A stretch of DNA of 48,865 nt. It comes from Candidatus Methanomethylicia archaeon (GTDB lineage: Archaea > Thermoproteota > Methanomethylicia > Nezhaarchaeales > B40-G2). The notes under the pieces are model-generated. The model ran no database searches. It worked only from the letters and a program-made list of their open reading frames with translations, and was not told where the DNA came from. Positions 30,319 to 39,101 of the stretch are shown here, one piece after another. The stretch is from the NCBI GenBank assembly GCA_029259155.1, contig JAPDJI010000018.1, forward strand, positions 1 through 48,865, given 5' to 3'. Numbering within the stretch: the first letter of the stretch is position 1; the number at the start of each line of letters is the position of its first letter. Position numbers and translations under genes: made by a program.

Positions 30319-30686
30319 GGAGGCTGCTTAGGCTTAGAAACCTCATGAATAGAAAGAGGCCCAGATTCATGAGGATGAACGTCCAAGGATTGAAGAGGCT
30401 TGAGGACTCATGGAGGAGGCCTAGAGGACTCGACAATAAGATAAGGATTTGTCGAAGAGGTTATCCTGAGATTGTAAGCATAGGTTTTCGAGGACCTAGA
30501 GCTGTAAGGGGACTTCACCCTTCAGGGTTGAGAGAGGTGCTTGTATATAACCCAGGTCAGCTCGAAGGCCTAAACCCTAGGAGGCACTGTGTAAGGATAG
30601 CTAGCAGCGTGAGTAGACGTAAACGAGCAGAGATCATGGAGAGAGCCTCAAAGATGAAGCTTCGAGTACTAAATCCTTCAATCTAA
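30315..30686 (+). CDS. rpl32e: 50S ribosomal protein eL32
   Basis: WRRPRGLDNKIR, RGLHPSG, LRVLN. Confidence 0.95.
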   Translation: MRRLLRLRNLMNRKRPRFMRMNVQGLKRLEDSWRRPRGLDNKIRICRRGYPEIVSIGFRGPRAVRGLHPSGLREVLVYNPGQLEGLNPRRHCVRIASSVSRRKRAEIMERASKMKLRVLNPSI

Positions 30687-30701
30687 GGAGGAGATGGAAG
30701 G

Positions 30702-31151
30702 TTGTCGGCTGTAGACAGCGTGAAACGAATGGCTTCTAGCATATTAGGCGTAGGTATAAGCAGAGTCTGGATAGACCCGGAACAGCTCGATAGAGTGTCT
30801 ACCGCCATAACTAGGGAAGATGTCAGGAAGCTTATTAAGGAAGGAGTGATCAAGGCCAAACCTAAAAGAGAGATTTCAAGAGCCCGGTGGAGGGAGGCTA
30901 AAAGTAAGCGTCGTAAAGGGCTTAGGAAAGGACCTGGCAGCCGTAAAGGAAGGATAGTCGACGAAAAAGAGCTTTGGATGGCTAAGGTTAGAGCTTTAAG
31001 AAAACTCCTAGCCACGCTTAAGAGGCGTCGCATCATAACCCGCTCGACCTATAGGAAGCTGTACATAATGGTGAAGAGCGGGGCCTTTCAAAATAAAGCT
31101 CAGCTAAAAACCTACATCAAAGAGAAGGGGTTAGCTAGGACTCTACCATAG
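30702..31151 (+). CDS. rpl19e: 50S ribosomal protein eL19
   Basis: RVWIDP, AITREDVRKLI, GPGSRKG, YRKLY. Confidence 0.96.
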   Translation: MSAVDSVKRMASSILGVGISRVWIDPEQLDRVSTAITREDVRKLIKEGVIKAKPKREISRARWREAKSKRRKGLRKGPGSRKGRIVDEKELWMAKVRALRKLLATLKRRRIITRSTYRKLYIMVKSGAFQNKAQLKTYIKEKGLARTLP

Positions 31152-31162
31152 GAGGGTAAGGG

Positions 31163-31762
31163 TTGGCTAGAGGAGCTCTATATCGTGTACCTTTTAGACG
31201 TAGGAGGATGGGGCTAACTAACTATAAGCTTAGGAGAGGCCTACTCCTTTCGAGGAAACCTCTACTTGTTTTACGTAAGACTAACATGCATATCATAGCC
31301 CAGCTCGTTAAGCCTAGGCCACAAGGGGACGAAGTACTAGCCTCAGCTACCAGTATGGAACTTAGGAGAGGCTATGGCTGGAAAGCTTCCTGCAAGAACA
31401 GTTCAGCTGCATACCTGACAGGCTACCTCTTAGGGGTTAAGGCTTCTAAGCTTGGGATAAAAGAAGCGGTACTTAACCTAGGTCTCCACAGACCCGTTAA
31501 GGGATCCACCCTGTTCGCCGCCTTAAAAGGAGCTTTAGACGCAGGTCTAGAAATTCCTCACAGCGAAGAGATCTTGCCAAGCGAGGATAGAATTAGAGGA
31601 AAGCATGTAGAGGAGTATGCTACTAGGCTCGCCAGCGAAGACCCTGAACTATACGCTAAGAGGTTTTCGGGGTATTTAGCAAGAGGCCTTAAGCCGGAGG
31701 AGCTAACTAAACACTTCGAGAAAGTTTTAGCTAAGATAAAGGAAGCCACTAAAACTTTATAG
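31163..31762 (+). CDS. rpl18: 50S ribosomal protein uL18
   Basis: [38 protein letters not shown]. Confidence 0.96.
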   Translation: MARGALYRVPFRRRRMGLTNYKLRRGLLLSRKPLLVLRKTNMHIIAQLVKPRPQGDEVLASATSMELRRGYGWKASCKNSSAAYLTGYLLGVKASKLGIKEAVLNLGLHRPVKGSTLFAALKGALDAGLEIPHSEEILPSEDRIRGKHVEEYATRLASEDPELYAKRFSGYLARGLKPEELTKHFEKVLAKIKEATKTL

Positions 31763-31809
31763 GCTACCCACGATCTCTAGCCTCAGCTCATCGAGGGAGG
31801 TGATGGTAG

Positions 31810-32461
31810 ACGGCGCACAGCATAGAGTACTGGGTGCCTAAGACTGCAATAGGTAGGATGGTTAAGGAAGGCCTAATAACCAGCATAGACCAAGTCTTCG
31901 CTATGAATCAAACCATTAAGGAGCCTGAGATAGTTGACATATTGATACCAGGGCTAAGCCACGAGATCATCGACGTCAGCCTCGTCCAGAAACAGACGGA
32001 TACCGCCTAATCGCCTTAGGCGGCCGTAAGCTGGGGAGCTCTCCAGGTTTAAGGTAGTGGTAGCTATAGGTAACGGAGATGGCTACATAGGTTTAGGCAG
32101 CGCTAAGGCCAAGCAGATGCGCAACGCCATCGATAAAGCCATAATTGATGCGAAGCTAAACATAATACCTGTTAGGAGAGCTTGTGGAAGCTGGGAGTGT
32201 AGGTGTAATGAACCTCATAGCGTACCATTTAAGGTCACGGGAAAAGCTGGAAGCGTAGAGATAACTCTCATCCCTGCTCCTCGTGGAACAGGACTTGTAG
32301 CCGGAGACGTAGGTAAAATAGTGCTACGCTTAGCTGGCATAAAGGATGTATGGACTAAGACCAAGGGAGAGACGAGGACCGCGCCTAACTTTGCTAAAGC
32401 CATTTACGAAGCCCTCAAACAAACCTATAAAGTCAAAACAGTCTCTAAGTGGGCTGCATAG
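31810..32461 (+). CDS. rps5: 30S ribosomal protein uS5, join(31810..32001,32030..32461), 207 aa, ACG start, contains an intron
   Basis: Exon 1 ...[15 protein letters not shown]...EPEIVD...VQKQTD; exon 2 [15 protein letters not shown]...CGSWEC; frames join after removing 28 nt. Confidence 0.93.
32002..32029 (+). other. 28-nt BHB intron in rps5 mRNA
   Basis: CAG-ACGG-AT^A-CCGCCTAA-tcgcc-TTAGGCGG-CCGT-AA^G-CTG: perfect bulge-helix-bulge. Confidence 0.92.
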
Positions 32462-32463
32462 CC

Positions 32464-32934
32464 ATGGCTAAGCTCCTAGCAGCCATCAGGCTCAGAGGCA
32501 TAGTAGGAGTACCAGAAGATATAGAAGTCACTCTAAAGCTCCTAAGGTTAAACAAGAAGAACCATGCTACTATAGTGGAGGATACCCCGACCTATAGAGG
32601 GATGCTCCAGAAAGCTTCAGGCTACTTGACGTATGGTGAAATAGACCTAGAAACCTTAGCCATGTTGCTTAGGAGAAGAGGAAGACTAAGAGGAAATAAA
32701 CCTGTAACCGACGAGTACGCTAAGAAGTTAGGGCTTAACAGTGTGGAGGAGTTAGCCTCAGCCTTGATGGAGGCGAAGCTTAAGCTTAAAGACCTGCCAA
32801 ACTTTAAACCAGTCTTCAGGCTACACCCTCCAAGCAAAGGCTTCAAGCAAAGCCTCAAAAAACCTTATGGAGCTGGTGGAGAGCTAGGATATAGAGGAGA
32901 AACCATAAATGAGTTGCTTAAAAGGATGATGTGA
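32464..32934 (+). CDS. rpl30: 50S ribosomal protein uL30
   Basis: AIRLRG, TLKLLRL, FRLHPPSKGF, GELGYRGETINELLKRM. Confidence 0.96.
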   Translation: MAKLLAAIRLRGIVGVPEDIEVTLKLLRLNKKNHATIVEDTPTYRGMLQKASGYLTYGEIDLETLAMLLRRRGRLRGNKPVTDEYAKKLGLNSVEELASALMEAKLKLKDLPNFKPVFRLHPPSKGFKQSLKKPYGAGGELGYRGETINELLKRMM

Positions 32935-32937
32935 CGC

Positions 32938-35177
32938 TTATTTAGGCATGAAGTCCTCTGGCTTAGGTATCTCCTTGGGAAGACCTTTACGTTCTCTAAC
33001 CTTCATTATCGTCGGTACGAGCAAGCTCTCAGGTATAGGCTCCCATCCTCTTACTTCTAAAGCCCAGAATGCTCTACCGGCCGTGGCACTCCTTATCTCG
33101 TTCGCTAGATCAAAGGTTTCAGCTACGGGTATCTCTCCTTTAACAGACATTAGCATCCCAGCGGACTCCAAGTTCAAGATCTTGCCTCTCCTCGTAACTA
33201 TTACTCTTGTAAGCCCTGAAATGTAGTCTGGAGGGCATTTGGCCTCTATCTTCATTATGGGCTCAAGTAACGTAGGCTTAGCCGAGAGGAAGCCGCACAT
33301 GATAGCGTCTTTGAGAGCTGGCATCATCTGGGCTGGACCACGGTGTGCTGGGTCTTCATGGATTTGAGCGTCTACCAGTACTACTTTAACCCCTCTAACC
33401 GGCTCGTGACATAATGGCCCCTCAGCCATGGTCCAGTGGAAGCCGGAGATTAGCGTGTCCTTAACTTCTCTCAGGTGCTGTAAGCCCTTCGTTACGTCAA
33501 CGAAGATGTTGAGGTGTTCATCAATCGACCAGATGTTACGCGCTTCATCGGCATCCCAGCCAGCTTTTTCACGTAGTATCTTAGCTCTAACCCTCCAGTC
33601 CTGTCCATCGTAGATCTCGCTGCGCTCGAGCAGTTCCATGGTGGCTGAGTCTAGAGGCTCTACCTTAATGTAGACCCTATTGTGTTTATTAGGGCTCTTA
33701 CCTTCAAAGGGACCAGCTGACTTCCTGATAGTTTCCCTGTAAACCACTATGGGCGGCGAGGTTACGACCTCTAAGCCACCTGTACGCTGTTGAAGATCCC
33801 ATAGTGCTATTTCGAGATGTAATTGACCCATGCCAGCGATCAGATACTCCCCGGTCTCCTCGTTAATCTTCACGTAGAGCGTAGGATCCTCTATGGCCAT
33901 CCTTCTAAGAGCATCCACCAGCTTAGGCAGGTCGCTTGTATGTTTAGGCTCTATGGCCATCGTAACGACAGGCTCGCTTATGTAGCGCAGCCTCTCAAAG
34001 GGCACCATAACCCCTTTCAGTACCTTATCAACTATGGTCTCACCTGCCCTCGCCCTATCCAAGCCCAGCATAGCCACTATGTTGCCTGCCACGACAGAGT
34101 CGCAGACCTCTCTATAAGGACCCATGTAGAGACCTACCTGCTGTATCTTACCGTCATCACGGGCCATAACCAAGTATACATCCTCACCGGTGTATGCCGT
34201 ACCGGAAAACACTCTTCCCGTAGCTACGAGACCTGCATGCGGATCAGAGATTACCTTGCTGACACAGATGACCGTTGGGCCTTTGTCGTCGCAGTTTAAC
34301 ATGGCCTTACCTACTTCGCTTTCCAGATCACCCTTCCACAACTTAGGTATACGGTACTTCTGAGCCTCGAGAGGGTTCGGAACATGCTCAACTATCATGT
34401 CCAGTATAGCTTCGTAAAGCGGGGCCTCCTTGGCCAGCTCCTCTACGTAGCCTTTTTCATAAGCGTCAACTATATTGGAGAACTTGAACCCTTTCCTCTG
34501 CGCTATGGGTACTGTAAGCCCCCATTTATGTAAAGCTGAGCCGAAGGCTACTTGGCCCTTGGCGAAGTCAACCTTCCATACCTTTTTGAACTCAGGCTCA
34601 GCGTAAAGTTCTATGAGCGAGTTGAAGTCCTTCACAATCTCTATGAAGCGCTGCTGAATTTCGTTAGGGGATAATTTAAGTTCCTTGATTAGTCTGTCCA
34701 CCTTATTGATGAATAGAAGGGGCCTGATACGCTCCTCTAAGCCTTGGCGCAGTACGGTCTCGGTCTGGGTCATAACTCCCTCGACTGCATCGCAAACCAC
34801 GAGCCCACCATCCATTACCCTTAGGGAGCGGGTCACGTGGCCTGTAAAGTCGACGTGGCCAGGCGTATCTACCAGGTTTATCACGTAGGGTTTACCTTGC
34901 CACTCGTGGTAGAGAGAGACGTTGGCCGCCTTAACGGTCATCTGTCTTAACTGAGCGCAGGGAGGGAAGAGCCCTCCATGCTCTGCTCTATCTCTACATA
35001 ATCTAAGGCCAACGCCTTCCCCGCTACCTTAGGCGAAAGCATGCCGGCAGCCATCAACAGGCTGTCGCTGGTAGTGGTCTTACCATGGTCTACGTGAGCT
35101 AACGTGCCTATGTTACGTACCTTCTCCCTATCCTTCATCAGCCTTAGTACTTCCTCGGTCTGCTTGAACTTCACCAT
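32938..35177 (-). CDS. fusA: Translation elongation factor EF-2, join(complement 34983..35177, 32938..34950), 735 aa, contains an intron
   Basis: Exon 1 AHVDHGKTT...ALDYVEIEQ; exon 2 [10 protein letters not shown]...DTPGHVDF...NKVD...[11 protein letters not shown] (diphthamide His). Confidence 0.95.
34951..34982 (-). other. 32-nt BHB intron in EF-2 mRNA
   Basis: Minus strand TA-GAGC-AG^A-GCAtGGAGGG-ctctt-CCCTCCcTGC-GCTC-AG^T-TA. Confidence 0.9.
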
Positions 35178-35311
35178 CCCATCTCACCCTCCTTAACATT
35201 GTAGCTAAAGAGCTAGCTTGATGGTCTTATTTAAACCTAGCCCTTGCATCCCCAAGAGAGAGCGATCGAAAGCTTTTCTAGGCCTAACTCTAACTGGTTG
35301 GTGGGTAAGCT

Positions 35312-35947
35312 ATGAGCGCTGGCGGACTCGATTTTAAGCCTACCAGAATGGAGCTCATAGCATTGAGGAGGAAACGCAAGTTAGCAGAGAGAGGCCTTTC
35401 ACTATTAAAGGAGAAGAGAGACGCCCTGGTCATGGAGCTCCTCGAAGTTCTCAGGGAATATAGGACATTAAAAGAGGGTGTTACGAAAATAGTAACTGAG
35501 GCCTACAAGAAACTTGCCGAGGCTAAAATGGAGCTTGGCCCTCTCAAAGTAATGGAGATCGCAGCTTCATCACCTACTTCATACGACGTCAAGCTTCGTT
35601 TAAGGAGTATAATGGGTGTCAAGGTGCCAACCTTAACCTTAAACGAGATTACAGATACCTCGAAGCCTACCTATAGCTTAGCTGACACTTGCAGTAGCCT
35701 CGATGAGGCTGTCAAGGCTTTCAGGGATGCCTTGAACTCCATTGTAAGGCTAGCGGAGATTGAAGCCTCCATCAGAGGTCTCGCAGAGGAAGTCAAAAAA
35801 GCTAAGAGGAGAGTTAACGCGCTTGAAACAGTTATAATACCAAGGTTCGATAAAGCCATTAAGTACATAGAGCTCTACCTAGATGAACGCGCAAGAGAAG
35901 ACGTGTTTAGGATAAGGATCCTTAAGAGTCGTAGAGCTAAGCGTTAA
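35312..35947 (+). CDS. atpD: A/V-type ATP synthase subunit D
   Basis: KPTRMEL, LLKEKRDAL, IMGVKVP, KRRVNALE. Confidence 0.95.
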   Translation: MSAGGLDFKPTRMELIALRRKRKLAERGLSLLKEKRDALVMELLEVLREYRTLKEGVTKIVTEAYKKLAEAKMELGPLKVMEIAASSPTSYDVKLRLRSIMGVKVPTLTLNEITDTSKPTYSLADTCSSLDEAVKAFRDALNSIVRLAEIEASIRGLAEEVKKAKRRVNALETVIIPRFDKAIKYIELYLDERAREDVFRIRILKSRRAKR

Positions 35948-36291
35948 CCTTTAGTCTTCAACATGAGGATAGCCCTAGCCAAGTCCCCTCCCGATTCTTC
36001 AAGAGCTCTACGCGCTTCCTCTAAGCTAACACCTGCCTGAGCTGCCACTAACTGCACATCTTCTTCAGGTATTTCAGGAGCTTCTTCGAGCTCAACTAGT
36101 TCCACTGCTTCCCCTACGACTTGGTATATGGATTGACCAGCCATTTTAATAAGCGATACCTGAGGGTCCTTTATCACGAGCGTCTTGTCCTGAAGCTTGA
36201 AGATAACTTCGTTAACTCCCTCCATAGGCTCAACTTCCATGCCCATGCGCTGCATCATCCTCTTAACTTCCCTCGGGCTAAGCCTCCTCAA
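35944..36291 (-). CDS. nac: Nascent polypeptide-associated complex protein (aNAC)
   Basis: RMMQRMG, YQVVG, C-terminal UBA (EDVQLVA...GDLARAI). Confidence 0.93.
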   Translation of the reverse strand: MRRLSPREVKRMMQRMGMEVEPMEGVNEVIFKLQDKTLVIKDPQVSLIKMAGQSIYQVVGEAVELVELEEAPEIPEEDVQLVAAQAGVSLEEARRALEESGGDLARAILMLKTKG

Positions 36292-36767
36292 TCCTTAATC
36301 CCCCTCCTTACCTTAACTGCAACACCTTCCTTAAAGCTTAACATTTCCAGTCCACTTAGCACAGCCTTGCCTACAGCTAAGAGCTCGCCATGGCTATCTA
36401 CAACCAAGACCTCCTCGCCAGGCCTTAGCTCAGGGTCGGCATCACTTACATGCTTTGCCAACACGTCTCTACCCTCAGAAACATACTCTTCAACTCCTTC
36501 TAACACCTTCACTCTAAGGCGAGGAGGCGTCAAGATAGTTAAGAGGCGTCTACCCCCCTCAACCGTTAAGGCTAGGAGGCCGTCGCTCGGCCTTAAGGTA
36601 GCTAGTAGTACGCCATCGAGGTATATGTGGCGTACCCTGCCTGTTTTGGGGGAAAACTTGAGCTCAATACCTTCAGGAAAGAGCCTAAAACCGACTCCTT
36701 CACCAAATTGATAGTCAGCTACAGCTCTAACCCTACGAAGACCTAGTAGGAGGCTTAGCTCAGTCAC
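36288..36767 (-). CDS. PUA-domain protein (C-terminal part of split archaeosine tRNA-guanine transglycosylase type)
   Basis: ADYQFG, SPKTGRVR, LATLRPSDG, AVKVRRG. Confidence 0.85.
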   Translation of the reverse strand: MTELSLLLGLRRVRAVADYQFGEGVGFRLFPEGIELKFSPKTGRVRHIYLDGVLLATLRPSDGLLALTVEGGRRLLTILTPPRLRVKVLEGVEEYVSEGRDVLAKHVSDADPELRPGEEVLVVDSHGELLAVGKAVLSGLEMLSFKEGVAVKVRRGIKD

Positions 36768-37255
36768 GCTTCCTCCTTCCGCCCCTTATCCTTTATCACC
36801 ACCACGTCGCCTAAAAGCACCTCGACCTTCCTTTCCTTCACCGATACGCCGACGTCGCTAGCCACATCGCTTAGCAGCGTGACCTTAAGAACCTTCTCGA
36901 GCTTCTTAGCTAATTCTATAGTCGGTTTAAGCTTACCCATCTCAATACGCTTTATGACAGACACCTTCTCCCCTACATATTTAGCTAATACCTCTTGTGT
37001 TAGACCCATCTCTTCGCGCGCCTTCCTTATCTTCGAGTCGTAATCAGGGACTATTTCAGGCAGTTTATCTCTATCCGCTTTCCTAGGCAAAGGAGCAGTG
37101 GGTACTGTTAGCTTAGGTTTAGGCCTCTGAGATACGGGAACCCCGTAACGTGCACACCTACTACAGACAAGGAGGGTAGCGGTGTCTACGAGTATTCGAT
37201 GAGGAGAGCCTTGTATTGGTCTGCCACAGATTTCACAGCGCACTTGAAACCCCAA
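36764..37255 (-). CDS. Multiprotein bridging factor aMBF1 (Zn ribbon + HTH)
   Basis: CEICG...CSRC; IRKAREEMGLTQE...IEMGKLKP. Confidence 0.92.
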   Translation of the reverse strand: MGFQVRCEICGRPIQGSPHRILVDTATLLVCSRCARYGVPVSQRPKPKLTVPTAPLPRKADRDKLPEIVPDYDSKIRKAREEMGLTQEVLAKYVGEKVSVIKRIEMGKLKPTIELAKKLEKVLKVTLLSDVASDVGVSVKERKVEVLLGDVVVIKDKGRKEEA

Positions 37256-37305
37256 CCTAACTAAAAAAGCTAGGCGTTATAAAAGCGACCCCACTTCGAA
37301 AAACC

Positions 37306-38391
37306 TTAACTGAGGTTCATTAAGAGCTCCTTAAGCTTAAGCAGAACTTCCTCGACATGGTCTCCTCTACGGGCACTAATAGGTATTATAGGGGTGGAGG
37401 GGAAAAGGTCCTCCACCACCCTGCGACCGGCTTCAAGCCCCTCCTCCCCGACAAGATCTACCTTGTTGAGAGCTATTATGAGGGGGAGACCTGGAGCTAC
37501 GCGGTAAAGCACTTCTTTAGACGAGGAAACCTTCCTCCTTAGTATGTCGGGTGGGTCGCTGGCATCGATAATGAGGAGGATGGCGTCGGACATGCCGATT
37601 TCACTCAGCGTGGCGTGGAAAGCATCGAGGATTAATGGGTGGAGGTCTTCGATGAAGCCTATGGAATCGACGATTATGAAATCCATGCCCTCAATGCTAA
37701 TCCTCCTGGCAAAAGTAGAAAGAGTGGTGAAGAGGCCTAAGCCGACAGGCTTAGACTCCCCAGCCACCAGGTTGAAGAAAGTAGTCTTGCCAGCCTGCGT
37801 ATAGCCAGTGAGGGAGACAACTGGTAGGCCTGCTTCATGCCTCTTCTTTACCCTCAAGAAAGTCTTGAGCCTTGCTTTACGGAGCTCCTCTTTTAACGCC
37901 TTTATCCTCCGCCTAGCGTTAGCTTCGTAGACTTTGTGCAGATACTCACCCATAGCGCTGAAGCCTACCTGTTCGCCGTAGAGGTTACGGTACCTGACAA
38001 ACTCCCTCGCCCAAGGTAGAGTATAGCGAAGCCTTGCCAGCTCGATCTGAAGCTTTGCCTCCTTCGTCATAGCTCGCTGCTCGAATATTTCTAAGACTAA
38101 GAGGTTGCGGTCGATGACGTTTACTCTCCATCCAAGCTCCCTTCTTATCCTAAAAGCTTGGCCAGCTTTGAGCGTGTTGGCGAAGATGACATTATCGGCC
38201 CCAGTCTCCATAACTAGCCGTTTAAGCTCAGCAAGCTTCCCCCTACCTATAACGTAGGCCGCATCAGGTTTGCCTCTACGCTGAATAAGCTTCTTGAGGA
38301 CAAAATAACCCCTACTTCTAGCTAAATCCTCAAGCTCCTCTATCTTTGGAGGGATACCTGGAACTTGACACTCCACTAGTATAGCTGACAT
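37306..38391 (-). CDS. hflX: GTPase HflX
   Basis: LEIFEQRA, EAKLQIELARL, GYTQAGKTT, DSIGF, NKVD; ATG at 38391 preferred. Confidence 0.93.
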   Translation of the reverse strand: MSAILVECQVPGIPPKIEELEDLARSRGYFVLKKLIQRRGKPDAAYVIGRGKLAELKRLVMETGADNVIFANTLKAGQAFRIRRELGWRVNVIDRNLLVLEIFEQRAMTKEAKLQIELARLRYTLPWAREFVRYRNLYGEQVGFSAMGEYLHKVYEANARRRIKALKEELRKARLKTFLRVKKRHEAGLPVVSLTGYTQAGKTTFFNLVAGESKPVGLGLFTTLSTFARRISIEGMDFIIVDSIGFIEDLHPLILDAFHATLSEIGMSDAILLIIDASDPPDILRRKVSSSKEVLYRVAPGLPLIIALNKVDLVGEEGLEAGRRVVEDLFPSTPIIPISARRGDHVEEVLLKLKELLMNLS

Positions 38392-38455
38392 CCAAGAAGT
38401 CCTACGCGGGAGCTTAATATAAGTCCTGATGACCACGATAGTTGGGTGAACCATA

Positions 38456-38989
38456 CTGGTTCAAGTAGTGGTCCTCAGGATGGGACACCGTATACCTAGA
38501 GACCAACGAATAACTACTCATGTCTGTTTAACAGCTAGAGCTTTCGGCGCAGATGGAGTGATAGTCTCCGACGTAGTAGATGGGAAGCTTGAGGAGACCG
38601 TAAACAAAGTGGTGGAGACCTGGGGAGGACCCTTCTTCGTTAGAACAGGGCTTCCTTGGAGAAGAATAGTTAAGGAATGGCTTTCTAAAGGAGGAGAGGT
38701 CATACATCTAACACAGTACGGTGTACCGCTCCCCCAAGTTATAGATCAAGTTAGAGCAAGTGGACGGGATAAGCTGGTAATCGTAGGGGCGAAGAAGCAG
38801 CCCAGAGAGGTATACGATTTAGCTACATATAACGTCTCTATCACCACGCAGCCCCATAGCGAAGTAGCCGCCCTATGCCTCTTCCTCCACTATTTATGGG
38901 AGGGCGGCGAGTTTAATAGGGAATTCGAGAACGCCAAGCTGAAGGTGATACCCCAAGAGAGAGGGAAGAAGGTAGTGAAACTACGTTAA
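38456..38989 (+). CDS. trm56: tRNA (cytidine56-2'-O)-methyltransferase (possible CTG start)
   Basis: LRMGHRIPRDQRITTHVCLTARAFGA, HLTQYG, QPHSEVAAL. Confidence 0.93.
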   Translation: MVQVVVLRMGHRIPRDQRITTHVCLTARAFGADGVIVSDVVDGKLEETVNKVVETWGGPFFVRTGLPWRRIVKEWLSKGGEVIHLTQYGVPLPQVIDQVRASGRDKLVIVGAKKQPREVYDLATYNVSITTQPHSEVAALCLFLHYLWEGGEFNREFENAKLKVIPQERGKKVVKLR

Positions 38990-39101
38990 GCTACTTTTCT
39001 TCAGTAACCTTAGTTGTATTATAGAGTTTATTAAAGCAGCGTATTTAAACTTCGGGGAGAAAATACATACAACTCCCTACCGAGTAAAAGGGACCTCAAA
39101 G

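Noticed and set aside
31803-31841. ATG at 31803 as the rps5 start
   Set aside because: Out of frame, stops after 12 codons and overlaps the SD sequence itself
34947-35177. 76-aa ORF as a separate gene, or EF-2 as a frameshifted pseudogene
   Set aside because: Explained exactly by a 32-nt BHB intron; both parts are fully conserved
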